Source: Macrostomum lignano (Eukaryota). Taken from it: 64,000 nucleotides of DNA. Position 1 is the stretch's first letter. The number at the start of each line of letters is the position of its first letter. Made by a program: the position numbers and the translations under genes. The stretch covers positions 1 through 64,000 of the forward strand of contig NIVC01000670.1 of NCBI GenBank assembly GCA_002269645.1, read 5' to 3'. Below, in pieces: positions 1 to 12,139 of this stretch. Below the pieces are notes generated by a model. It was not told the origin of the DNA. It made no database searches and was given only the letters and a program-made list of their open reading frames with translations.

Positions 1-280
1 TCCCAAAACTGGAAACTTTCCCAAAACTAGAAACTTTTCCAAAAACTGGAAACTTCCCAAAACTGGAAACTTTCCAAAACTGGAAACTTTTCCCAAAACT
101 GGAAACTTTTTCCAAAACTGGAAACTTTTCCCAAAACTAGAAACTTTTCCCAAAACTGGAAACTTTTCCCAAAACTGGAAACTTTCCCAAAACTGGAAAC
201 TTTTCCCAAAACTAGAAACTTTTCCAAAAACTGGAAACTTTTCCCAAAACTGGAAACTTTTCTTAAAACTGGAAACTTTT
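1..280. repeat. Minisatellite, about 19-20-bp unit AAAACTGGAAACTTTTCCC
   Basis: Direct tandem copies. Confidence 0.95.
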
Positions 281-844
281 AAAAAAATTACTTCGTTAAA
301 ACCGAAAAAATCTGCTACCTGACGAGAATTTAGAATTTGGTGTCCATATAAATTACATTTTTTTTAGTATTACTTTTGCAAAAGCACACGGGTACTTTTT
401 TGCACTTGATTCGATTCTTTCTTCTAGACTCAGCTGAGCAAAGATTCTTGTCAAAGAAAGCCGAAAACTTTCAAAGGAAAAATAACTTTTTATATCAGCT
501 CCCTTGCTATTTGCCAATAGAAGTCTGTCTTTGCCGCTGCGAACAATAATTATGGCAGGCACAAATCATTAAATTACTCATGCAATTTAGACAAAAAAAA
601 TCGAGACCGGAGCTCAGGTGCCACGATGTGCGGACCCGCAGCTTTCGCTTGTAGAAATTCGACCACCTCTTGCAGGCATTTTGCCTTAGAATTCGCCACT
701 GCCCCCCCCCATCCCAATTATCTGTATTTTTACAGCGTCAGGCGCCTCGGTTGAGCATTCTTACAAGAGCAAGGATTGCGCACTTTGATGCAAAATGCGT
801 ACAGGATGTACATTTGTACAGAGTGTACAGGGTGTACAGGTGTA

Positions 845-1035
845 CAGGTGTACAGTGGCCTTGACTTCCTGACATCCGCGGCACGTACACACTCTGCACC
901 ATTGGGGTTGTCCTCACGGACGAAAATTTAATTGATTTTACAGCGCGAGCCTCAAATTAATGCGGATGCACATGGAACCGAACCCGGGGTACCCTGGCTT
1001 CTCTCTGCCCCATTCACCTAGAGCCAAGACTTTAG
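845..1035 (-). mobile_element. Degenerate SINE family B copy
   Basis: Degenerate central domain (GTGTACAGTGGCCTTGAC..GTACAC..TTGGGG), CAAATTAATG and a B-box-like GGTTCGGTTCC. Confidence 0.5.
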
Positions 1036-1049
1036 AGCCCAAGCCTTGC

Positions 1050-4000
1050 CTTGAGCCGGAAGCAGACCAGGCCGAACACGACCTCCTCGACAATTTCAAA
1101 ACGGTCATCCGCAGTCACCAGCTCTTCAAACTGCTTGGCCAGACGGATATGCTGAAAAGGAGACAATATGAGTATTCATGCCTCAGACTCCTGATTAATT
1201 GTTAGGATTTTACGCTGGACAACGTCGGGAGACGCACCTTCCGGATGTAGCTCTGCAGTCCCTCGATGCCGTAGGAGCGAAGAACGAACCAGATCTTCAG
1301 CGAGCGAAAACGCCGACCAACGGAATCTGCCAGTGCTGCAGTTGTACAATGCAATCTTTGTCTACGAGTGAGTGCAATCAATGTACATCCTATGTGCCAA
1401 CCGAATGTACATCCTACGTGCAACCAATATACATCCTACGTGCAACCGAATGTACATCCTACATGCAACCAATATACATCCTACGTGCAACCGAATGTAC
1501 ATCCTACGTGCAACCGAATGTACATCCTACGTGCAACCGAATGTACATCCTACGTGCAACCGAATGTACATCCTACGTGCAACCGAATGTACATCCTACG
1601 TGCAACCAATATACATCCTACGTGCAACCAATGTACATCCTACGTGCAACCGAATGTACATCCTACGTGCAACCAATATACATCCTACGTGCAACCGAAT
1701 GTACATCCTATGTGCAACCAATGTACATCCTACGTGCAACCAATGTACATCCTATGTGCAACCAATGTACATCCTATGTGCAACCAATATACATCCTACG
1801 TGCAACCAATGTACATCCTACGTGCAACCAATGTACATCCTACGTGCAACCAATGTACATCCTATGTGCTACCAATGTACATCCTACGTGCAACCAATGT
1901 ACATCCTACGTGCAACCAATGTACATCCTACGTGCAACCAATGTACATCCTATGTGCAACCAATATACAATATAAATCCTACGAATAAACCAAAATACAT
2001 CGTAAATGTACGTACAACCAACAGGAGTACACCCAATGTACTTTCAATAAAGCTCACCCGATAGTCAGGCACCTGGCCGCTGAACTCGTGCTGCAAGTAC
2101 AGCGGATCAACGTTGAACGTGTCGACTACTTTAGACGAGTCCTTCAGCCACAGGGCCGAGCAGTCGAAGGTGATTTGCAGCCACTTGCCCGGGTTGAAGT
2201 TGAACGAGTCGGCCAGCTGTTTGGGATGAAAACTGTGCGTGGACTTTTAAGCTAATTGAGCTGAATGTGAAATCAAGGCTAGATGCATTTTCGAACTCTG
2301 GAATAGGCAAGCACCCAGGAGTCTGCAGTATTTGGTTTTTCGTTCGTCATAATCGAGACCTTCGACATTTCAGCACGCTGAAAAGTTTGTCGCAGACACA
2401 CGCTCACATAGGGTGTACAGCGGCCCTGACTTCCTATTCGTCAGGCATGTACAGTCTGTGCCTTGGGGAAATCGAACCAAGGATGGTGCCACAGTCGGAC
2501 GCGTTTACCTCTGAGCTGCTCTGCCACAGGTCGGTAACGTACTCAAGACTCAACAGCAAATTTTTCCCTTCAATTTGATACGTCTTAACTACTGTTAGTA
2601 GCGTCCATCCATACCTCGATTCCGTTGGCGATGTGTCGGTACTCGGGGCAGATCAGAGATGCGCCGGCGTAGGCTGCGTCCACGTGACACCAGAGACCTT
2701 CGCTCTGGCCTGCGGCGAAAAATTTTATGTATCAAGTAAGACATTGTTTCGTTTGTGTAATTTAACTCCATCAGAGTTTGCTGAAACTACTCGGTGGCTT
2801 ACAGACTTCGCCCAGTTCAGCCAAGTTGTCGAAGGCGCACGAGTTCGTTGTGCCTAGCGTAGTGATCAGCTGGATTGTTGTGTGTTATTGCATTGACTTA
2901 GGATTCTCACTCTTTGATTACGAATTGCGGTTAAGCCAACAAAATAGTTTTACTGCCCCTCCGAACCCCTCACCACTACAGCCACCTCACTCCCTGCCCC
3001 TCCGAACCCCTCACCACTACAGCCACCTCACTCCCTGCCCCTCCGAACCCCTCACCACTGCAGCCACCTCACTCCCTGCCTCTCCGAACCCCTCACCACT
3101 GCAGCCACCTCACTCCCTGCCCCTCCGAACCCTCACCACTGCAACCACCTCATTCACTCCCTGCACCTCTCCAAAATCCAAAATCCATGGCTGCACCAAC
3201 CAAAATAGGCTCGAGTCCTCTGGCCCGGTCTTCAGCCACAGCTCGGGCCAAGGTGTCGCCCCTCAGCGAGCGCTTGCCATCTGTAGGCAGCTTGCGCAAC
3301 TGCACAAAAGCCAGCATTGCGGCCCGCTCCACCGAAGAGTGGCTCTGAGAAAGCAGATTTTGAAAAAATAATGTTTTTTTGAAAGCAGATGTTGAAAAAA
3401 GGACGCAAATCACAATTAAGAATTCGAGCGGAAGGTCAAAAATTTTTAAGAAAATTTGAAGGCACTTCGACAGGCAATTTCGAGTAATTTTTTCCACTAA
3501 TCTTTTGAAGAACCACCTGCATTGATAGGGCGAACATGTTTGTCAGAATTTTTCAGAATTTGTCAGAATTTGATCGGAAGCGAATCCCTGATGACCGAAA
3601 GCGAATCCTTCATGACCGGAAGCGAATCCCTCATCACCGGAAGCGAATCCTTCATGACCGGAAGCGAATCCCTCATGACCGGAAGCGAATCCCTCATGAC
3701 CGGAAGCGAATCCCTCATCACCGGAAGCGAATCCTTCATGACCGGAAGCGAATCCCTCATGACCGGAAGCGAATCCCTCATCACCGGAAGCGAATCCTTC
3801 ATGACCGGAAGCGAATCCCTCATGACCGGAAGCGAATCCCTCATGACCGGAAGCGAATCCCTCATGACCGGACGCAAAATCACCAGCCACTCACCTGATC
3901 GGAGGCGTAGGCCACCAACCGCGAGAGCGCCAGACTCGGCTGCTGCTGCGCCTCCGGTTGCTGCGCCTGCAAGCGCTGGATGGCCAGGTTCCTGGCTGAC

Positions 4001-5481
4001 AGGAAGATCACCAAGGTGGCCTCGCTTGCCGAGCCCTGGATCACGCCGCCGCCGCCGCTTCCGCCGCTGCCGCCGCCAGCTGGGAACAGGAAGTGATCGG
4101 GCAGGCCCAGAGCCTTGGCCAGCCAGTCCATCATGACAGTCTCAAGTTCCGTGCAAGCTGGACTGGCGATCTGAGTGCAGGTTGTACATTCGGTTCACTT
4201 AATTCTAATTTAACACATTTTTTTTTAATTTCCTAAATAGGACTTTCTGGATCATTAAGGCTTTGTCTCTTCTTTGAACCAGCTTAGCTTAGCCTTATAC
4301 ATGATACATGATAACACCATGATCCAGATTACATGATTACACCTGCCCTAATAGGCAGATGTGCAACCGACAGCTCAGCCGCAGCTATTGCTCGGCGCAT
4401 CTGAAGGCTGCGTACGGCTGTTCAGTCCAAGGACTGGGGGGTCGCCACACACCCTCAATTACCCCAGCTAATGCTGGCATCCATTTTACAGCTGAGTGAG
4501 CTGAAGCAATGCAGAGTTAAGTGTCTTGCTCAAGGACACAGATTTTTCCAGAGGGATCCGGAATCGAACCCCCGACCTTCAGGTCGTGAGTCCAAGGCTA
4601 CATACAAACCCCCTTGGGACCAAACTGCGCTGGCTACCTCAGTGATGATGCATTTTTCTTAAAATTCGTTCTGTTTTCGTCTATCTTCACTAACAAGCCT
4701 ACTTATAGTAGAAAAATACAGTCAAGCAAGGCTATTTTCCATGAAAACAGCTGCACAAACGCACCCAGGAGAAGCCAATGCAGCCAATGGCGTCACTCAG
4801 CATGTCGGCCAGAATTGACGGAAAAGTGTTGGCCGTCGGGTAGTAGGCGTGGAACTGCGGATGGTGCCAGTTTGTCACCTGGGCGTGGGGTGAGCACGGG
4901 TTGATTGACGCTCAGTTGACAAGAGCTAGCTGAGAACAGATACCCCAGTCTCACCCCGGACACACCAGCTAGCTGAGAGCAGACACACCCCGGACACACC
5001 AGCTAGCTGAGAGCAGACACACCCCGGACACACCAGCTAGGTGAGAGCAGACACTCCAGTCTCACCCCGGACACACCAGCTAGCTGAGAGCAGACACCCC
5101 AGTCTCACCCCCGACACACCAGCTAGGTGAGAGCAGACACCCCAGTCTCACCCCGGACACACCAGCTAGCTGAGAGCAGACACCCCAGTCTCACCCCGGA
5201 CACACCAGCTAGCTGAGAGCAGACACCCCAGTCTCACCCCCGACACACCAGCTAGGTGAGAGCAGACACTCCAGTCTCACCCCGGACAGCACCACCCGCT
5301 CCAAGTCGGCCATGACGTTCTCAAACGGTTCCCCAGCCTGTGGCGGCTCTGCTGGGATCAGCGGTCGCAGATAGCCCGGCCGGACGTCCGGGACCACCTG
5401 GCGCTGGCGGAAGCTGGCAAAATAGTCGGCGATGAAGTCCACCATCGCCTTGCCCTGACGGCGAAACTCTTCGCGATCCAT
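1050..5481 (-). CDS. ddc: Aromatic L-amino-acid decarboxylase (DDC/AADC family, PLP-dependent group II); 9 exons visible, C-terminal exon(s) not found in window
   Basis: Exons 5481-5281 ([20 protein letters not shown]), 4878-4765 ([23 protein letters not shown]), 4170-3895 ([30 protein letters not shown]), 3344-3201 (SHSSVERA), 2869-2803 ([14 protein letters not shown]), 2709-2615 ([10 protein letters not shown]), 2216-2058 ([15 protein letters not shown]), 1335-1238 ([15 protein letters not shown]; 1 nt short), 1151-1050 (FGLVCFRLK). Splice phases are consistent and several exon sizes match human DDC as I recall them (201, 114, 144, 67, 95, 102). Confidence 0.95.
1378..1970. repeat. Minisatellite, 22/23-bp unit TGTACATCCTACGTGCAACCAA (DDC intron 7)
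   Basis: Direct tandem copies. Confidence 0.95.
2405..2527 (-). mobile_element. SINE family B-related short copy
   Basis: tRNA-like head (AGCTCAGAGG..GGTTCGATTTCC) joined directly to the CCCCAAGG..TGTACATGCCTGACGA..GGGCCGCTGTACAC domain. Confidence 0.7.
2954..3170. repeat. Minisatellite, 41-bp unit (DDC intron 4)
   Basis: About 5 copies. Confidence 0.9.
3573..3871. repeat. Minisatellite, 21-bp unit CATGACCGGAAGCGAATCCCT (DDC intron 3)
   Basis: About 14 copies. Confidence 0.95.
4340..4600 (-). mobile_element. CORE-type SINE (family A)
   Basis: Reverse-complement match to 43600-43865. Confidence 0.8.
4937..5288. repeat. Minisatellite, 43-bp unit including the DDC exon 1 donor site
   Basis: The unit contains CCAGTCTCACCCCGGACA, the reverse complement of the exon/intron junction. 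Confidence 0.95.
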
Positions 5482-5984
5482 TGCAAGCGAAAGCAGATCA
5501 GAAGACAGAATCGGAGGTCTGAGCCTCGGCTTCTAGCAAGCAGTATTAAATAGCAGCAGAAAATTACAGGGTGAGTCAACAGTCGCCCAGGGTCCCTTGT
5601 CAAATGCTGTCAGCGTCTATAAAATATTTTGCCTCACGCCTGGGCTGATATCTGTCCGAGACTGCTGTTTATGTATCCCAGCCCTCCAACCCAGCTCTGG
5701 GTAATTGGAGATTTCCATTTTTTTCGTTCTTCAGCCCGATAATCCGATCCAATTATCCTCGAGGCGGCAGCTCTGACGGAGCATGGAAGTTGAGAGGCCT
5801 AACTGGGTTTTGCATGGAACGGAAAGCTTGGGCATTTTCCTTTGCTGCCGTTCTCAAATCTGCATGTAATCTAAGAGTTAAGCGTGCGATTGCGAGCGGT
5901 TTATATTAATAACTATTTGCTTCTGAGCTACTGTAAGTAGCGTTTGACGGAAAATTCAAATTCTCGAAAGCACAAATTTTGCTA

Positions 5985-6470
5985 GCCGAGAAAGTTGCCA
6001 GCCGGAAAATACCGAGAAAGTTGCCAGCTGAAAAAGTTGCCAGCTGAGAAAGTTGCCAGCTGAGAAAGTTGCCAGCTGAGAAAGTTGCCAGCTGAGAAAG
6101 TTGCCAGCTGAGAAAGTTGCCAGCTGAGAAAGTTGCCAGCTGAGAAAGTTGCCAGCTGAGAAAGTTGCCAGCTGAGAAAGTTGCCAGCTGAGAAAGTTGC
6201 CAGCTGAGAAAGTTGCCAGCTGAGAAAGTTGCCAGCTGAGAAAGTTGCCAGCTGAGAAAGTTGCCAGCTGAGAAAGTTGCCAGCTGAGAAAGTTGCCAGC
6301 TGAGAAAGTTGCCAGCTGAGAAAGTTGCCAGCTGAGAAAGTTGCCAGCTGAGAAAGTTGCCAGCTGAGAAAGTTGCCAGCTGAGAAAGTTGCCAGCTGAG
6401 AAAGTTGCCAGCTGAGAAAGTTGCCAGCTGAGAAAGTTGCCAGCCGGAAAGTTGTCAGCGGAGAAAGTTT
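5985..6470. repeat. Minisatellite, 16-bp unit GCTGAGAAAGTTGCCA
   Basis: About 30 copies. Confidence 0.95.
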
Positions 6471-7354
6471 GCATCAAGGAGGGTAGAAGCTCAGAATTTC
6501 AAGAGCTGTCTAATTTTACAATTATAAATCTGTTTTAAGAGCTAAAGTAATATCTAATACATTTTTTACAAAAACATGTAGTTTCTTTAAATGTAGTAAC
6601 TGAAAGCATGCATATTTTGTGGCAAAGTGATATGCATTCTGTTTTTTCAAAATACAGTACTTTTCTAAAGCCAAGGCGGCGTGGCGTCATCAGCAGCACC
6701 TCCTGCACCGAATGTAGGCAAGCTGCAACTGTTTTTTTCCCTTTTCCAGATGAAGAGGCTCTGGGAGATAAGAGAGAGAGAAAGGAGGGGGAAGCTGAGC
6801 TGCCATCTGCCGGCTTCATCAATAAGCACTGAAGGATTTGGCAGCCATGAGTTCGGGACTAGGAGTAACCTCCAACCTCTGCACCGAGATCTTGCAGAGA
6901 TCTGGCATAGCCATACGAGCGTAAGGCTTCTGCGGTTATTTTCCCCTGTGTGTTTCAATGTGCAATGCTGACAAGCCTCACAAATGCGGAGATATTGCCT
7001 TATTGGCCCGATTCTATCCAGCTGATAAGCATGCAGCAAAGAATAAGAATGAAGTAAAGCAAACGCGCGAAATGTAACAGACCTGATTCCACAGCTTTCT
7101 ACTCGCATCTGAGGGCCTCGCTACACCAAACTGACAAGTGGCACAGGTGTTTTTGGCAGTGAATGATGTACGGTATGACACTGGGTAAACACAGACTCCA
7201 GCAACTGGGGCGTTGATGCGACTGACTGATCTGCACTTGTCCCGCTTCTATGCCTCAGCTAACTGGCTGTGGGGGGAGGGGAGGGAGAGGATGGGAGCAA
7301 CTGAGATGGGGAAATAAATAATGAGAAAATATCCTGCTACACAGCTACACAACC

Positions 7355-8020
7355 CAGCTGAGAAAGGCAGACAGCCCAGCTGAGAGGCAGACAGCCCAGC
7401 TGAGAGGCAGACAGCCCAGCTGAGAGAGGCAGACAGCCCAGCTGAGAGAGGCAGACAGCCCAGCTGAGAGAGGCAGACAGCCCAGCTGAGAGAGGCAGAC
7501 AGCCCAGCTGAGAGAGGCAGACAGCCCAGCTGAGAGAGGCAGACAGCCCAGCTGAGAGAGGCAGACAGCCCAGCTGAGAGAGGCAGACAGCCCAGCTGAG
7601 AGAGGCAGACAGCCCAGCTGAGAGAGGCAGACAGCCCAGCTGAGAGAGGCAGACAGCCTAGCTGAGAGAGGCAGACAGCCCAGCTGAGAGAGGCAGACAG
7701 CCTAGCTGAGAGAGGCAGACAGCCCAGCTGAGAGAGGCAGACAGCCCAGCTGAGAGAGGCAGACAGCCCAGCTGAGAGAGGCAGACAGCCCAGCAGAGAG
7801 GCAGACAGCCCAGCAGAGAGGCAGACAGCCCAGCTGAGAGAGGCAGACAGCCCAGCTGAGAGAGGCAGACAGCCCAGCTGAGAGAGGCAGACAGCCCAGC
7901 TGAGAGAGGCAGACAGCCCAGCTGAGAGAGGCAGACAGCCCAGCTGAGAGAGGCAGACAGCCCAGCTGAGAGAGGCAGACAGCCCAGCTGAGAGAGGCAG
8001 ACAGCCCAGAGGCAGACAGC
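7355..8020. repeat. Minisatellite, 22-bp unit GAGAGAGGCAGACAGCCCAGCT, abutting the Tob ATG
   Basis: About 30 copies ending a few bases before the ATG at 8025. Confidence 0.95.
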
Positions 8021-8024
8021 GAGG

Positions 8025-8772
8025 ATGCACAGAGAGGTGTCAGCAGCGGTGGATTTCATTGCATCCCTGCTGTACCACCGCCTGCCACGCCGCCGAGTGG
8101 TGCATCTGTGCGAGCAGCTTCGCCAGGACATGCTGACTCATCAGTTTTCGCTGTCGGAAATGAGCGGCCTGCAAATCGAGGGCCCCCGAGACCCCCTGCT
8201 GATGCGGGCAGCTCAGCAGGCGGGGCTGCAGCCGATGGAGGTGGCGCGCCAGCTGCCGCAGGATCTGGCGCTGTGGATTCAGCCAGGCCGGGTGGCCGTC
8301 AGGATTGACAAAAACGGTGAGGGAAATTCTGCTTGGCTGGTCTCAACATCTCATGAAATATGCGTGACATCCTATTGGGCAGAATTGGCGTCAGCGCTGG
8401 TTGTGGGACCATGTCGCCGAAGGCGTTCCGCCAAGATGCCCGCAACTACAGCTTGATATATGGCAGATTTTAAATGTGCACTACTTTTAAGTAGCACAAC
8501 AGGAACCTGTTGATCTTTTTTCAAGAGGATAGTTAAGAGACACGAACAACTTCTACGCGACAGATCACGCGACGCTGCTGAACTCTGACTCCGACACCGC
8601 CGACAATCTGCCGCAGGCGCGGTGGCGTGCAGCAACAGGATCTACTTCGTCCTACTTCACGGCCGAGGAGTTCGCGCGAACCAAGTTCGGCAGTACTAAG
8701 CTGCGCCAAGAGCGACGCCAAGGTCGGGGCGGCGGCGGCTGTGGCGGCAATGGCAGCGAGGGCCAATTTTAA
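8025..8772 (+). CDS. tob: Tob/BTG anti-proliferative family protein (Tob-type), divergent
   Basis: Exon 8025-8316 aligns to the Tob N-terminus (MHREVSAAVDFIASLLYHRLPRRRV..LPQDLALWIQP..RI). Exon about 8564-8772 carries FTAEEFARTKFGSTK, matching the Tob-specific FAATKFGSTK motif. The exact acceptor of exon 2 is uncertain (8564, or 8540). Confidence 0.85.
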
Positions 8773-9039
8773 AACTCAATGCATTGGATACACCCTCCTG
8801 TTTGAGCGAAGCACTGTTTGAAAGTATAAGTAAAACACTTTTAGAGGATATTCCTCCGTTTGGTGTAAAATGTTTCATACATCCTTCATTGTTTTTACAC
8901 ACCAATTTAAACTCTAAAAGACGATGCTAGCCATACTACTGGCTAATGCAAAATCAGTAGCGTATTTGGTGGTTAAAATTTGATAAAAAATTATTCGGTG
9001 AAAACATACACTGTAGCTGTAAATGCGGCAGACAAGGTG

Positions 9040-11472
9040 GGATAGACACAGTGGGAGAGGGGATAGACACACTGGGAGAGGGGATAGACACAGTGGGAGA
9101 GGGGATAGACACAGTGGGAGAGGGGATAGACACAGTGGGAGAGGGGATAGACACAGTGGGAGAGGGGATAGACACAGTGGGAGAGGGGATAGACACAGTG
9201 GGAGAGGGGATAGACACAGTGGGAGAGGGGATAGACACAGTGGGAGAGGGGATAGACACAGTGGGAGAGGGGATAGACACAGTGGGAGAGGGGATAGACA
9301 CAGTGGGAGAGGGGATAGACACAGTGGGAGAGGGGATAGACACAGTGGGAGAGGGGATAGACACAGTGGGAGAGGGGATGGACACAGTGGGAGAGGGGAT
9401 AGACACAGTGGGAGAGGGGATAGACACAGTGGGAGAGGGGATAGACACAGTGGGAGAGGGGATAGACACAGTGGGAGAGGGGATAGACACAGTGGGAGAG
9501 GGGATAGACACAGTGGGAGAGGGGATAGACACAGTGGGAGAGGAGATAGACACAGTGGGAGAGGGGATAGACACAGTGGGAGAGGGGATAGACACACTGG
9601 GAGAGGGGATAGACACAGTGGGAGAGGGGATAGACACACTGGGAGAGGGGATAGACACAGTGGGAGAGGGATAGACACAGTGGGAGAGGGGATAGACACA
9701 GTGGGAGAGGGATAGACACAGTGGGAGAGGGGATAGACACAGTGGGAGAGGGGATAGACACAGTGGGAGAGGGGATAGACACAGTGGGAGAGGGGATAGA
9801 CACACTGGGAGAGGGGATAGACACAGTGGGAGAGGGATAGACACACTGGGAGAGGGGATAGACACAGTGGGAGAGGGGATAGACACAGTGGGAGAGGGGA
9901 TAGACACAGTGGGAGAGGGGATAGACACAGTGGGAGAGGGGATAGACACAGTGGGAGAGGGGATAGACACAGTGGGAGAGGGGATAGACACAGTGGGAGA
10001 GGGGATAGACACAGTGGGAGAGGGGATAGACACAGTGGGAGAGGGGATAGACACAGTGGGAGAGGGGATAGACACAGTGGGAGAGGGGATAGACACAGTG
10101 GGAGAGGGGATAGACACAGTGGGAGAGGGGATAGACACAGTGGGAGAGGGGATAGACACAGTGGGAGAGGGGATAGACACAGTGGGAGAGGGGATAGACA
10201 CAGTGGGAGAGGGGATAGACACAGTGGGAGAGGGGATAGACACAGTGGGAGAGGGGATAGACACAGTGGGAGAGGGGATAGACACAGTGGGAGAGGGGAT
10301 AGACACAGTGGGAGAGGGGATAGACACAGTGGGAGAGGGGATAGACACAGTGGGAGAGGGGATAGACACAGTGGGAGAGGGGATAGACACAGTGGGAGAG
10401 GGGATAGACACAGTGAGAGAGGGGATAGACACAGTGGGAGAGAGGATAGACACAGTGGGAGAGGGGATAGACACAGTGGGAGAGGGGATAGACACAGTGG
10501 GAGAGGGGATAGACACAGTGGGAGAGGGGATAGACACAGTGGGAGAGGGGATAGACACAGTGGGAGAGGGGATAGACACAGTGGGAGAGGGGATAGACAC
10601 AGTGGGAGAGGGGATAGACACAGTGGGAGAGGGGATAGACACAGTGGGAGAGGGGATAGACACAGTGGGAGAGGGGATAGGCACAGTGGGAGAGGGATAG
10701 ACACAGTGGGAGAGGGGATAGACACAGTGGGAGAGGGGATAGACACAGTGGGAGAGGGGATAGACACAGTGGGAGAGGGGATAGACACAGTAGGAGAGGG
10801 GATAGACACAGTGGGAGAGGGGATAGACACAGTGGGAGAGGGGATAGACACAGTGGGAGAGGGGATAGACACAGTGGAAGAGGGGATAGGCACAGTGGGA
10901 GAGGGGATAGACACAGTGGGAGAGGGGATAGACACAGTGGGAGAGGGGATAGACACAGTGGGAGAGGGGATAGACACAGTGGGAGAGGGGATAGACACAG
11001 TGGGAGAGGGGATAGACACAGTGGGAGAGGGGATAGACACAGTGGGAGAGGGGATAGACACAGTGGGAGAGGGGATAGACACAGTGGGAGAGGGGATAGA
11101 CACAGTGGGAGAGGGGATAGGCACAGTGGGAGAGGGGATAGGCACAGTGGGAGAGGGGATAGACACAGTGGGAGAGGGGATAGACACAGTGGGAGAGGGG
11201 ATAGACACAGTGGGAGAGGGGATAGACACAGTGGGAGAGGGGATAGACACAGTGGGAGAGGGGATAGACACAGTGGGAGAGGGGATAGACACAGTGGGAG
11301 GGGGGATAGACACAGTGGGAGAGGGGATAGACACACTGGGAGAGGGGATAGACACAGTGGGAGAGGGGATAGACACAGTGGGAGAGGGGATAGACACGGA
11401 GAGGGGATAGACACAGTGGGAGAGGGGATAGACACAGTGGGAGAGGGGATAGACACAGTGGGAGAGGGGATA
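9040..11472. repeat. Minisatellite, 21-bp unit GGATAGACACAGTGGGAGAGG
   Basis: About 115 highly homogeneous copies; source of the 800-aa spurious ORFs. Confidence 0.98.
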
Positions 11473-12139
11473 GGCAAATCAGCATCTTAGGCAAGCAGAA
11501 GCAACTGTAGGCACAAAGAAAGCACACTGAATTTTCTCACAGTGAACTGTTGCAGAAATCAAGATTAGAAAATGCTAAGGGTAAGCGTTGCAATAGTTAC
11601 AAAGTAAGCCTGGCATTGCTAAACTTGTCTTATATTATGTCATGCAAGCCTGCGTCATGTCAACAGAGGTTATCAAACTTACTTGGTTACTCATACACAA
11701 TTTATGTATGCTTGGGAGCTGTTAATGCTAAGTTTGACTGTTTATTCAATTATAGACAAGTAATTGGATCTGGCTTGTATAGAATAGCTGGTGTGGAAAT
11801 GGTACGGCAGTTCCAGAATGCAAGCACATGTGTACAGAATAAGGCTATGGCTGCGTTGACGCAACTGGCCTTGAAATGCAATCTTAATGCTCCACCAATA
11901 AACAGGTTGTCGCACTGATAGGGTGTGACAAATTTCCATTTGGAAACTGGTGTATGATATCCAAGTATGTAGAGTGAGATGTTCTGGATCAATGGGTTTC
12001 TTCCTTGATAAGCAGTGCCAATATATACGAAGGCTTTGTGCAATTATATGAGGAAATAAAAAAGATGTATAAGCTATGAAAATGTGAGATGGATTCTTAA
12101 TTAAGAATAGGAGTAGAAAATGTATTAGAAATAGAGTTC

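Noticed and set aside
353-562. Minus-strand ORF as a possible last DDC exon
   Set aside because: No similarity to the DDC C-terminus (IHLVPC..RFAIC); the last exon(s) probably lie beyond base 1.
8914-11527. Very long ORFs (206-857 aa) on both strands
   Set aside because: They are translations of a stop-free 21-bp minisatellite. The same applies to repeat ORFs at 1199-2064, 3522-3898, 5956-6477, 7248-8131, 22636-24192, 35704-37083, 46690-48478 and 49040-49481.
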